Positions 14,101 to 26,960 of a stretch of 64,000 nt of DNA are shown one piece after another. How positions within the stretch are numbered: position 1 is the stretch's first letter; each line of letters begins with the position of its first letter. A program made the translations under genes and the position numbers. The DNA is from Phoronis australis (taxonomy: Eukaryota; Animalia; Phoronida), in the NCBI GenBank assembly GCA_002633005.1, contig NMRA01000957.1:24990-88989 (forward strand). The letters are read 5' to 3'. The notes beneath the pieces are model-generated. The model searched no databases. It had not been told where the DNA came from and saw only the letters and a list, made by a program, of their open reading frames with translations.

Positions 14101-16633
14101 AAATCTTGCACAAAGTCTAATGAAACTGATTCCAAAATCATTTTTTCGTCTTTTACTAACAACTATCGCATATGTAGCAGAAATTTTCACCTCAAAGCCA
14201 GCATTTGCATGCGATAATTACGAAATGACAGTGCATTCAGATTACATGACTCTCAAGATTACAGAAATCAGGTGAAAAGAGGATGCCCGCCAATCAGATT
14301 TTTTACAAATCCAAAGTGTACCTGAATTTCCTGCTAAATTTCAACTTTCCGCTCGCAAGCAGCAAAGGTTTTAAAAGAAAAGCATTGCCATCTTTAAAAA
14401 CTTGTTTTGTGGCTGAACTATTTGTTTTGTTTGTTATATTTGTTTTTCAATACTGCGAGTAAGCGTTCTTACTTAGGCATGCGAAATATTCATGAATCGA
14501 CTGGAGTTTGTAGATTTGAAAGAATCGCCAACATTAACTTGATTTGCTCCAGATTGCGACGTCGGTTTCACGCAATCAGTTTTTAAGTCGAGAATACGTT
14601 CTGTACAGCTAGTACCTGGCATAAACAGAACTTACCGGTCTTGACGGTGGTTTTTATGAGCTACGAAACGTCTTTCCAGAAATCTTAATTGCTAATACAT
14701 CTGTGGTGAGGTTTCCTTTCAACTTTTAAGTGCTACGAAACTTGCAATAGCAGTTTACGTCAGAGCCTATCCTTACGTTTTGCTGCATCAAAACGGATAA
14801 GATGAAAGTCTCAAATAATTCCCTGTAACCCTCGCCAACCCTCAAGAAGTTGTTCAAGGCTCGTTACAAATATGTACTAACTTTCTTAAGTAGGCATTGC
14901 TAACCACTTTGAGAATCATTTTTTTACATTTCAAAAACATCTCAGACAGTGCAAAAATTTCATTAGCTACAGTCAATAGCATTGGATGGTTTGTTGAGCA
15001 AACAATTCTCTACTTATTGGAGAAGGGCTGAGATCTCTTAAAATAATTACAAGTGGGAAGAAATCGATATCATGTACCATCCGTTGCTTCACTCATTACG
15101 TAACACGTCTAGTTTCTAATCTATTAGGGAGATGCTCTTATTACTTCGAGTAACACGCTTAAGATGCACGTTCAATTTTACTCCAATTTTTGTCCGCCTT
15201 CGGAGACCATTGGCCCGACTCTGCGTTTTATTTTTGACACGAGACCTGATGCAATGGAGTGAATAGACAAATATTACTAAATTAACCGATTCGTGACTAG
15301 CCTCACATTCAGCTGAGCTATAGCAAAGTGCATATAGAGAATGGAAATCGGATTCAAATTGCATTCGGCTCTGCGCAGCCCCGTCCTGTTTTGTCATAAA
15401 TGTTCTCTAGTATTCATTACATTGTTTTCTGTTTGCAAACTTGGCTTTGGTTGATAATTACAAACAGGACTTCAAAGCAATTAAAGGTCTAGAGATTTTT
15501 TTGCTTGCCTATAGGTGATTGCTCAGCGGAGTACTTATACACGGCCAAATTTCAAATTTTAAATAAATCTACTATAATTCGTGTTCCATACAAGAAGCGA
15601 ACTTTTGATTTACACTACTTGAAGTTATAAGATTGGTCTCACTTGTTTCTTAGTTATTTTTGAGTTTGCGAAAAACGGTCAGTTCTTTATTCGGTGAGGC
15701 CGCGCTCGGCGCATAAAATGACACGCCGCCAGTGACAAGTCAATATGTAGAGCTTGATCTCAAGCCGTAACGAAGTGTCAGTTCTTTTGCCTTTGAAGCC
15801 CTGAAAACGTCTACAGTTTGACTAAGATACAACTTAAGATCAACTTCATGACGTTGCAATGTATATGAATTTGTCGTGGTCGGCCGTCATCAATGATTTT
15901 CGCGATAAACTTACATCTCACTAAATCAATTACTGAGTGGGTGGTTTTCAATCCCGATGGATACTAGTGGATCATACTGCGGCACGCAGGGTGATTTTTT
16001 CATCAATTCGTAACTAGATTCCCTACGAAAGAGTATATTAAGCCTACATTCACACGGGAGGGATGGTGGAGATCTAGCAATGAAAACGGTTTCTTATTTC
16101 ACTTACTTATAGCACAGATATCAGGTCAGTGCTGTGAAACAAGAATAGGCTACAGTCCAAAACGACCGGGTATTCAATTTTAATACTTAATAAATAAGCA
16201 TTTTGTAATGCTTAATCCCAACAAAATGTCAAGCCAACCCGCCATGGTGCGAAAGGAAAGGCTATACAAGCTGGACTAACTAAACTTGAAACGATGTGGT
16301 TTAAATTTCATTTTACCTTCTCTCTAAAAGGAGATCAGTCCGCACATTGCCACCGGACCAATAGTACATATCACATGAAATAAACAAACGTATACACAAC
16401 AAGGGACGGATATAATAGTTTCCATTGGCGTTCCTCGCAGAACTAAGTCGAAATGGTCGAAGTTTCGAACCTGACTCAAGTAGGGGTGTATGTAGGCCTC
16501 CTTCAGTACCCTTCAGCGAGTGATGAATGAATCAATTACCACTCCTGGAGAGAAAATTTTTCGCCGAAGAATCATTTAGCTCATATTATGGCTAGAACGT
16601 CCACCAAGAACTCACAAATTCAATCCCACTTAC

Positions 16634-16860
16634 TCAGACACACTGCCACAGGAGGGTTTGCTGGTTTTTATTTCTTCGAAGAACGTAATAAGCATGCCAA
16701 CCGGAACATTTGGGGGACTTCCTGAGTGGCGCGCCCACGGAGCTTGTGCAGTGATAACTACGGGTGCATGTGCGGAAATCCACAATAGCTCCCTTGAGAG
16801 CCCAACTCTGGCTATAGATACCATTCAGACGCCCTGCATTCCTTTCCCGAGTTCATTGAC
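16634..16860 (-). pseudogene. Possible decayed S1 protease exon (activation segment to CGG-like motif)
   Basis: Bounded by cattcag acceptor and gtaagt donor; broken frames give YCGFPHMHP...WHAY...KPSCGSV. A signal-peptide-like decayed exon with a gtaagt donor ends at 18749. Weak. Confidence 0.25.
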
Positions 16861-17539
16861 CTGAATGAGAGCCCTAAACATACCTATTTTTATCAAAATA
16901 ACTTATATCACTAAATTTTATAATGTTATTACTGTTATATTTTATAACTTAAAGCGTCTATAAAACATGTGAATCGCTTATGAAAGCTTGGGCCTGTGTT
17001 TAAAATGAAACGAGTGAAAATAAAGGAGTTATACGTGTATCGCGAGAATGTCGGAGAGTTACTCGGAGTTTGCGAAATCCGCGTCAGTTTGTTGGCCCAA
17101 AGATTATGTTCAACTGGGCTTGAGGCATATTATTAGTTTAAAAATGTATTTGCATGCTACAAACTATGCTAAGGTATAGCAGGAACTAAACGACAATACT
17201 ATTTTAATATAATCTACGCTAAACAAAATGCAATTGTATTCACTGACAACTTGTAAATGTGAAAATAAAATATTCTGCAAATAGGTGACCTTTGCACTAA
17301 TGACGGCTCACATATCCCGCCTCGTGTAGTGTTATTCCCCAACGCCAAATCACGATACTTACTGGACACTGTTGAGGGATTTACAGCCGATCATTTTCGA
17401 CTCAAAATTCGTTCTTAAAAAATGTGGCAATTTTCAACGTACCGGTACTTCATATTCACATCGTCGCTATATGTTGTGTTTCTAACTAACAACCAAGCAA
17501 ACACAGAGATGGGGAATTAGCTTGCAAGTTCCACTTTAA

Positions 17540-18055
17540 GGTTATCGACAAAGTCTGTACATTTATCCAAATGTTTACAAAACTATAGATTTTAACTCAG
17601 CAAAAGTATATATTTTCTAAAAGTAGACATTCCGTAGAATTTGAATTTTGACTTCATATCAATCTGTCACTAATTAGGTCACGTGACCGTGCATTTTAAG
17701 AACATTTACTGAGAAAGAAGGATACCTCCTAAGCAAAACAACAGAAACAATAGCATGACCAAATTTTGTATGACTTAAATGTGCACGATAAAATAAAATC
17801 TCAAAAAGCTTTATTTACAGTTTTGTCAGCTAAATTATCGTTTCGTTTTTGTTCTATGCAGCTATATTCTTTTCATAAAAATCACATAACTCCTATTGAA
17901 AAAGTGAAAATTTTAAAAACAATACCCAACAGCGTTTTGGAAAACAGTGTATAAGGCGCAGTGTCTGAAAGTTTCATATGAATCCAGACTCCGACTAGCT
18001 ATGTCTGAGATGTTCCGAAGTTGGCCAAAATTGGAAATTTTTCTCAGGTCCTCGA
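17540..18055 (+). mobile_element. Kolobok-like TTAA MITE copy
   Basis: TTAA|GGTTA start at 17536-17544; internal sequence colinear with 44066-44563. Confidence 0.65.
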
Positions 18056-19704
18056 AGGAATGTGGGCCAGAGTTGACTGTAAATGAAAATTTGCTAAACA
18101 ATCACGCTCCTAATACTTTAAGGGGCTGCAATTTCAATTTTGGAAGGAAAACAGTGTAACCCCCAAAAACGACATGCGAGTGGCGTTATTTGATCGTGTC
18201 TTAGAAGGGTAGGGATCTCGAGTTCCCTTGTACGTACCCTATGGTGAAGTTACTTGGTGATATTTGCTAGAATAAAAACAGCTACGAACACGCCTTTCGT
18301 GATAGAAACCAAAATTTGATTTAGCCGACTTTCTGGTATGAAATTGCTCGTTAGTCAAAATAGGTTCAGGACTCGGAAAGAACTTTCAGTTCATTGGTCT
18401 ATACAAGTTGGCTTGTCATAGTGAGCAGGGTCTCGACCAAAGTCATTGTGCAAGAAATCACTTCTTATTTGAGTAAGGACGGAACTCTGGTTTACTGCCG
18501 CCTGTTACAACTATTGTTCTGTTAGCAGCAAGGTCGCAAAAACATATTTGGTCAATTTTACGTGGGTGTGCAATTTATTTCTATGCTTTCATCGCCGTGA
18601 CGAGTTTGGCGCGTTCATCGCTGTGACGAGTTTGGCAGCTCGCCATTTCGCTGGTATACGTGGCAAAACTAGAATCCATTGCGGACACCAGAGTTTAGTG
18701 GGCTGAGTTTCAGACACTTGCTTCTAATGATTTGAAAAAGTTACTTACCTGAGACCACCAGCTGCTGAAGCGTGCGCGCAGCCAACACGAGACTCTATTT
18801 TACTTCAGCGCCATCTATAAATCAACGCTATGGTCTTGGGCTATAACCGTGTGCGTGTGTGGTAATCAAGTTCCGATAGCGTGCGTTGAAACATTTTCAA
18901 ACTACAATTACACCATTAATTCATGTCATAGAACAAAGAAACTGGTCACATTCATTTGACTAAGGTCATCACCTTTCTAATGGAATAAATATTTTTTTAA
19001 TCAGTAACTCTGCAAATACTTTCAGAAATTGCCAAAAATCGTTGATTTGCCACTTGACTTTTCCTGGTTATTTCTTCCTTGTCATGTCGACGATCCCCCA
19101 CCATGTTTATTTATATGTTTAATGTCGATGGGGGTTCCTTGTTAGTTTCAAAGTGTTTCGCTGTTAGATTCCTTAGTGCTATGCCAGGTTCATTCGATCT
19201 CACCTGTTTCATCATGTTCCATTTCCGTTGGCTCGTTTTCCTTGAAAGAGACCAGCACCTTCAATAAGAACCGTCAGGAACGGAAGATCCAAAAAACTAT
19301 TCAGGAGGAGTATAGCATCTATCCTGTAACTTCCATCCGTAGTTGAGAGGATCTAAACGTTTCCCTGATTGGTCGAATCCGTTTCACCCAATAGGACGGT
19401 AGCATAGTGGGTTCCGTGCTTGTTCAGTAGTGCCTTTCGGCAAGCTGAAGCAATGGGCTATATTCCATTATAAGACTTTGAAAGCTATTATCTGTTGCAC
19501 ATCATTTGTCTTGCTGTCATACCGGTGAGGATTACAAAAACATCCGTTTCAGAGGCGCTCATCAACGTATTGCCATTTGAACAAGACGCCTGTCGGTTTC
19601 TTCATATAATGCGACAAAGGGTTCTTAAACGAAAACCTTTCTGTGCGTTCAAATGTGCTTATTCAACGCGCACTGTTACGTAATCGATGTGGGGAACTGA
19701 ATGT

Positions 19705-20353
19705 CCAACCTTATCTGCCAGTCGGTGCATTTAGCCCCACGTCCAAAAAACTATAGAATTTAACTTAGTGAATGTATATATTATTTTTTTAAATAAGCCT
19801 GTAGAATTTAATTTTAGACTTTTCTATCAATCTACCATTAATTGGGTTGAACATGAATTTTAATAAAATTTAGCAACAAAGAAAGGGGCATTCATAGCTA
19901 CTGTAAACAACGGTATCAATACCATGACTAAATTTTGTTTGATTTAAATGTTCGATGTAAAATTTCAAAAAAAAATCTGCCACAGATCTCTAAATTATCT
20001 CTTCGTTTTTGTTTTATCCGACTTTTAAGGTTTTTTATAAAAACACGAAAAGTCCTAATTTTTGATAGCTTCTCATACAAAAGTGGAACATTTAAGAGCA
20101 ATTCCTGATAGCGTATTGAAGAACATCGCATAGAGCATTATTTCATATGAATCCGATCAGCCATTTGTGAGATTAGGTGTTCCGAAGTTAGCCAAATTTG
20201 GACATTTTCGTGGGGCCCTTGTTGGTGGGAATACTCGACGACATTATAGAAATGGTTATCTGTTGAATGTTGGAAATATCTGTGACTTAGCCACTTCTGA
20301 AATATGATGTTCCGAAGTTAGATTTGGCCATTTCTGTAGGGTTTGACATAACC
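19705..20353 (+). mobile_element. Kolobok-like TTAA MITE copy
   Basis: Colinear with 44066-44563; ends ...CATAACC|TTAA at 20353; contains a short internal duplication of its 3' part. Confidence 0.65.
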
Positions 20354-20562
20354 TTAACCAACGCGCTAAATTGGTTCTAAACGATTACCTTTCTGCACTT
20401 ATTCAACGCGCTGAATTGTTTTATCAACACGTTGAATTAATCATTATTTCCAATCAAAAACGAGCATGCAGTCAGTACGTACCGCCGAGAGGAGGTAGCA
20501 TAGGCGAAGCATTAAGACTAGTTCAATTTTGCGAACACTGTAGTTTTAAACTTTCCTGCTCC

Positions 20563-21119
20563 CAGCCTCGTCCCCAAGCCAAAAGATGCCGCTGATCGGT
20601 TTAGCCATTTGCGGCTGAGGAGAAAATTATTTACTTGGAAGAATTTTGCCTTGTTTTTACGGAAATCGCCGAAATAACACGAGTGATATTAAGTTGGAGC
20701 AGCTCATTTTGCGGTAGTACAATACAAAAAGCAAAATGAGCTGTATTCATGCACCAATTAAAAAATCGATGTATTTATATTCAAAACCAGCATAATTTCT
20801 ATGGTGCTTTCAAAAACCAGAAGGAACTAAAACAGTGTCCTATGGTTCCGAATGACGAATGGTAACAACAATAACGCCTGTGAAAATAATTAAAATCTGG
20901 CTTTGCATCTGATTCACATTCTCGAAAAAATACTCAAATTTATGACATCAAAGGACAAGAATCTTCAAGAACTGATATTTAGTATTCAGGTTTCTTGTGT
21001 CGCTCTTGTCAGTGGTGAACGTCGTCTACGGCCAATCAGAGCGCAAAAGGGATATCTCCTCATCAAACCTCAAATGGATAAACTGGTCATTGCCATCTTG
21101 AGGCTTGGGGACGAGGCTG
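20563..21119. mobile_element. MITE with long imperfect terminal inverted repeats
   Basis: CAGCCTCGTCCCCAAGCC (20563-20580) is the exact reverse complement of GGCTTGGGGACGAGGCTG (21102-21119); imperfect pairing continues ~40 bp inward. Confidence 0.75.
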
Positions 21120-21563
21120 ACCTGTTCCTCACAAAATTTATTGTACCGTCATTTACATGTTGACTTGATATCGGAATTGCGGACTGTCTTATTGAGTTGC
21201 AGAGAAAAAATACCGTTAAAACTACAAAAACGACTCGAGTGGTGATGAGCCGGGAGGAACATAATATTTGACAAGTAATTATTCAAGCGAGAGCTCAAGA
21301 GATAGATTAAATTTGAATTGAAAACTAGTTGAAGACAATTTCACTTTGGTATGCAGCAGACCAAAAGTTCTGTCATCTGCGCTGGAAACATAATTACTTC
21401 AAAATATTTCGATCTGCTTCAAGTTCATCATATACGTAAAACAATTTTAAGCCCGATGACCGGAAACCATGTCGAAGAAAATGTCTGGTTTCGAGAACAG
21501 GAAGCTAAAAGTCCTCAGACACCAAAAAATCAATCAACGAAAAAATCACTTAAACATACCAAT

Positions 21564-21680
21564 CGCCAGATAAACTAGACGAAGAGTTGTAAGTTTAACG
21601 AGTTTAATTCGCAGCCGACAACACAACGAACCGGAACGGCTCTCACCAAACACAGTCGTACGAATAACAATGCAATGGCG
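21564..21680 (-). repeat. 3' LTR (117 bp)
   Basis: Matches 26838-26960 with 4 substitutions and one 6-bp indel; termini CGCCA...TGGCG. Confidence 0.9.
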
Positions 21681-23927
21681 TGATTGCCTCTTCTGTCACA
21701 GAAAATGAGGTAAACTTGCACTAAGAACGGGTAGTAAAAAACAAAAATATTAAACACAGTGCTAATAAGTTACTATGGCGTTAACAAAGTACAAAGTAGC
21801 TAAAATCAGTCATAAAGCCAATCGTCCGTTTGCCAACGAGGTTTGTGGCGCAGCCGTTGCGATCTTCTCTGGGCCTCTGGATGAGCAGGGAAGACGGGGG
21901 GTTCAACAGCAGGCGTTGTCGTAGAACCAAGCTGGCGGGATGCATCAGGGGGAGGAACGATGGTGGATGGCACAGCTGGGGCGGCAAGTGGGCAACGTGA
22001 AGGTAGTACACCGTTGTTGCACCATGGAGCTGGATCGCAGGACGAGGGCAATAATGAAACGGATACTGGAACAGCGGAAGACGGTGGGAACTCGTCGTCA
22101 TCATCGTGGCCACAAGGGGCAGTGACAGGTGATGCAGCTGGAATGTCAGTAATCTCTGACGGAACACGGTAACACTCGCTGCGTTTGACACGGTAAGAAG
22201 CATTGCGTAACTGATCTCCAGAAAATTTCCGAACACTCAACCACACGCCACCGGAAGCAACCACGAGGTATCGTGGACGGGCTCTGGTCTTGTCCCTATC
22301 AGAGTAGAGGTAAACGAGATCGCCGATGGATGCGTCGCGTTCTACTGCCTGGTTGGATAAAGGAGCCTTGGGTCGTGCACTGGGTCCATCAGTGGTTGAT
22401 GGAGCGCCGTTGTCGTTGGGAAGTGATCAACAAGTTGTCATGAACTGGTATTTGGCAATTGGTGAACTGGTCGCGCTGAAACCACATCTCTCTGGCAGAC
22501 AATCCGGTGGAGCGAAGGCGGCTGTTCAATCGAGCAACAGCTACGGCCAGCTGTAAGGAACTGACATTGCCGGCTCTATGCTGATCACGCAGTAACTCGT
22601 GTGACAATTCCTGTGTGGTCTTCTCTGCAACAGGGTTATGGTTGGGATTCTTGATGCGTCGATCTCAATTGAAATGCGATGATGTTCTAGGAGTTTGTCC
22701 TTTTGAAGAGCCTGGAAACCTGAAGCCGGATCTGTACGGATAACTGCACGAGGGCCGTCTAACGAGCGCAGTTCGAGACACATTTGGAGAAGACCATTTC
22801 GAAGATCCTCGTGGCGTTCAGTAGCAATGATACAAGCCGCTGTGTAAGAAGAAACGCACTCTCGGAGTACCAAAATCAGCTGTCGCTCGCGCTTCATGAC
22901 GTCAGCTGCAAACGACGTCCCAACGGTCGCAGGTGTATCAGAGGTACTCTGCAGGGTCGTTGTTTTGGGGAAAGAGCGCATTGAACAACATTGATGGCAC
23001 ATGCGTGTGCAACGATCAATGGCAGACTCTAAATCAAGTGCAAAGAAGAATCGTTGGGTGACAAGTTTCAGTTGATGGGAGGTGGGGTGCCGTGAGTAAG
23101 CCGTCCAAGATGGGACGTGGAACGATGATGCGTTCTTCACGAGGGACGAGAGGCTTGTCTCGCCGAACCACAAGTAAACCATCTGACGCGATAGTGGCGA
23201 CGTTGAGATAGCGTTTGACATCTCGAGCGTTGGTGTCTCTCTTGGAGGCCCGCGTCCCTTGGTTGAGATGAGAGTGTACTCGCCGTAACTCAGGAGATTC
23301 GGACTGAAGGGATAACCAAGATGACCTCGTGGTGAACGGAAGTTTGTGTTCTCCCTGAAGGACATCGGCAGCAGTCGCATGGAGCACCACACAATCTTCC
23401 AGAGTGTTCACGAAAAGGCACACTTGGCAAGAAGCGTCGGCTGTGGTGACTCGCAAAGTCGGAGACGATGTTAGTGGCACCAGATACGTGACGAACGATA
23501 GCCTGATAGCGAGAAATGGTGGAGAGAAACGTTGGCACGCGAGGACTGACTGAGAATTCGCACCTTGTACACAAGGCTTGCTGTCAGTAAGTATGATAGC
23601 AGGATGTGCTGACTGAATCAGATAAAGGCTAAAATGTTTCACGGAAGCAGCAATGGCGAGGGCTTCAATTTCGCATGGGAGCCAAGTAACTTGACGTGAT
23701 TTCAGTCTCGCACTGAAGAAGCCGCAGACACGTGGCGTGTCCTCACGAGAGAGATACAGTGTACCAGCAATGAACGGGTGTTTGGCGGAGGCATCCGTGA
23801 CTACCCACAGCTGATCGTCCGGTCTGGGTAGAGTGATAGTTTTATGCGTGGACAATGCCTTTTGGGATGAGGTGAAGGCACCATGTAACTCATCGGTCCA
23901 AGTAATGCGGTCTTTGGAATCGCATCC

Positions 23928-24165
23928 CAGAGGCGGATCTACAGGGGGGGTTCAGGGGGTTTAAACCCCCCCCCCTCGGGACAGGATCAAAAATAAAAAC
24001 TGGAAAAAAAATCGCCAGAAAAACGAAATTAGCTACTAAAATCCAAAAAAATCTTACACGGGAGGAGGGAAACCCTCTCGCGACCTTCCTTCTCCTCGGC
24101 GCTACGCGCCTCGGATTCCTTCGAATCCTAAACCCCCCCTTACTGAAATCGTAGATCTGCCACTG
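23928..24165. mobile_element. hAT-family MITE nested in the retrotransposon pol gene, 5-bp TSD
   Basis: TIRs CAGAGGCGGATCTAC / GTAGATCTGCCACTG; CATCC on both sides (23923-23927, 24166-24170); removal restores pol ...AVSGCDSKDRITWTDEL. Confidence 0.88.
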
Positions 24166-26837
24166 CATCCCGATACAGCGGAGTAAGGCAGGACTCTCGA
24201 CATAGCTTTCACGGCTCCGATGAAGGATCTCATTTGCCAAACAGCACCAGGTTTGGGATAAGACGAGAGAGCAGCTATCCCATGTGAGCTAGCTTGTAAA
24301 GGACCCATCTCCCAAATCCAGCCTGTGCGTCGTGGGTCTATGACTGTCTTTGTAGAAGATAGACGGAGATCCGCCGTGGACAATGCATATAGCACCCTTT
24401 TCCAGTTGGTAATCAACTCTGTGATAGTCTGACCTCCATAGTATAGGTCTTCAGCGAGCTTGGTGACGGCTCCTTCTTCCAAAAGCTCTCCCAATACACG
24501 GACACGTCAACTCTTCCAAAACGGTTTCCGAACCGGGCATACCCATGGCGCAACGTGCGTAGACACGGATACCTCGGAAAGGTGTGGATACGCCACAATA
24601 TTTCATGGACTCTCGTGACAAAGGAATTTGATAGAAGGCACTCGTAAGATCAGTCTTGATGATGAAATTCCATTGAACAATCTTCCGAAGCACGGAATCT
24701 ACGTCAGGCAGGAGAGAAGGTTGGGGCTTGGCGTACCGGCCGACGTCTGAAAATGCTGTAACTAAACGAAAACCTTCGTGGGGCTTCTTGACTAGAAACG
24801 AGGGATTAAGATATTCTACTGTAATACCAACATTCTCTGGACGGGCGAATACTCCCAGGAGCTCCAGCTCGTTGATTTTTTGTTGCAATTCCAGGAGCTT
24901 TTCCTTGGAGTATTGGGGGAGGCGATCTTTCCTCTGTGGAGGTTGCGTAGGACCCATGTTGACAACGGCCTCAAACGGGCCTGCGGCGCCGTTGTTCCCG
25001 GGGTATTGCGAATCAAATACATGAGCAAATTCTCGATGCAGGGCGTGGAACCTGTCCCGATCTGCAGCATGCAGAATATTGTCGGGATCAATGGCAACAA
25101 AGCGATGATGATCCAAGGTAGTTTTTTGGGATGAGATACATTGGGTGGCTGTTGGGGATCCAGATGGAACCTCTGAAGGAGTGAACACGGCGTGTACCTG
25201 GCAAAACTGCTCATCTCGTCGCAAAAATCGTGGTTCATCGGTGTTGTTAACAGGCGAATTTTGCCATTAGTCGGAGCAAGAATGGCGGGTTTTGGCCACA
25301 GTTGGGAAACACCCGTGGAGCGGAGGCTAATGCTGTTGCAGCGAGGTTCGATTGCAAGATGTTCTTCAGGATCGGTGAAATCGGACGGGGCCTCCAACTC
25401 AAAACAATCACCAGGCCAGATGGCTGTCGCCTGAGGTGGAGCACGTAATACGTGGGACAGTCGTGCTGTGGGTCGTGGGTATTTGTTTACGGGTTGGCCA
25501 TAAGTGTATGTAGATCCGTCGGCCTATGTGATAGCCTTACGAGCAGATCTGATCGTACTGAAATGTCGTTGTAAGCCATAAATGGGGTTGCTGCCAAGAC
25601 GTCTACGTCAAGAGACTCGATAACAAGACCGTGAAAAACGAATCAATGCTTGTCATGTGTGAAGACAAGTCGAGTTTCCCCCACAACCTGTAGAGTAGAT
25701 GTACCATCGGCCTGTAGGCGGTTTGGGAATTTTTACGAACTTTCGTGCCCAACGAACGTGCACACGGTGCGGTAATCAGGTTTCCAGTGGCACCACAGTC
25801 AAATGTCAAACGCACGGGGGACTGACCAACAAATGTGTCGAGATAAGGAGACTGGACTATGTGGACGCGAAGCGCGACAGCGGAGTCAGGGCAGAACTGC
25901 TCGCAAGATATTGTGTCTTGAGCGAAGTCCTCCTCGGTGGCCTCGTCAACGTCGGTGGACCGGGCCTTGAGAAAGGCGCGCTTGTAGTCATGTGGGAGGA
26001 ACGGGCACCGAGACAAGAAGTGGTCTGAGAGAGTGCGACGGGCGGTGGTGTATAAGACGCACGACGGGGTTCTACGGCGAGGGGGGGTTGTCTTCGAGCT
26101 GGGTTATGCGCATGGAGCGAGTGTTCTCGATGCACCTAAGCTCATCAAGTAGTGAGTTCATAGCTTGAGAAATTTCAGTATTGATGGAGGCAAGGGACTT
26201 GTTGCGCAACTCCGCGCCACATCGTTGCTTAACAAGTTGGGGTAAACCTGGGTTGACCATCTGTAACCATAAGAACACAATAGTATTTTCGAGGGAGGGA
26301 GTCATGTCTTCGCCGATGTGGGCAGCCTCGCCATCATCATGATGCGCCGTTATGCCACACCCAACGTTGATTAAGTTATCCTCAAAAAAAGCAGTGAGGC
26401 GCTGGAATAGGTCTTCAGGACGCTCATTTGGATCTAATGATATGAGTCCCAGGTCTAAGAAATCTGCTCCTGTGGAAGCGAATCCGAAATGTTGGCGGAT
26501 TTTCTGCCCTGGACAGATGTGGATGTCTTCACGATAGAATTACGGGATAAGACGGGACAAAAATTGGCAATTTGTCCCAGCATGAGCTCTAAATAAGCCA
26601 GTTTCATGTCAGCAGAACGCCGCTGCGGTTCTGGGGTGTCATCGGGGTCGTCGGTCAGACCACGCAGTGGAGCAGCGGTTGTCTTTTTTAGCCAACTAAC
26701 GCCGTCGACAAGAAATGACGCAAAGTGAGGGTCCAATGAAAGGATGTATAATAAATTCTGCCTCCAGCTATCAAATGAAGTAATGGTCTCATTTTTTGTG
26801 AGCGGCCACTGTTTTGGAGCTCGGGTTGTAGCCATGT

Positions 26838-26960
26838 CGCCAGATAAACTAGACAAAGAGTTGTAAGTTAAACGAGTTTAATTCGCAGCCGACAACACAA
26901 CGAGGCGGAACCGGAACGGCTCTCGCCAAACACAGTCGTACGAATAACAATGCCATGGCG
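26838..26960 (-). repeat. 5' LTR (123 bp)
   Basis: Matches 21564-21680; ends 2 nt before the gag ATG (26835). Confidence 0.9.

Larger units (their letters stand above)
21564..26960 (-). mobile_element. Full-length but frameshifted Gypsy-like LTR retrotransposon (Troyka-like), gag-PR-RT-RNaseH-IN
   Basis: Direct repeats 21564-21680 and 26838-26960; AAT on both flanks (21561-21563, 26961-26963). gag MATTRAPKQWPLTKNETITSF from ATG at 26835; protease LTFDCGATGN; RT IKTDLTSAFYQIPL...MGMPGSE...KLAEDLYYGG; RNase H VVTDAS...PCEIEALAI...LTDSKPCV; integrase H..H..Cxx[18 protein letters not shown]; C-terminal RRSQRLRHKP; purine-rich tract ACAGAAGAGG next to the 3' LTR. Confidence 0.92.

Noticed and set aside
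23890-24240. 116-aa minus ORF, and the plus-strand ORFs within 21.9-26.5 kb
   Set aside because: Read-through of the nested MITE or antisense shadows of gag-pol.
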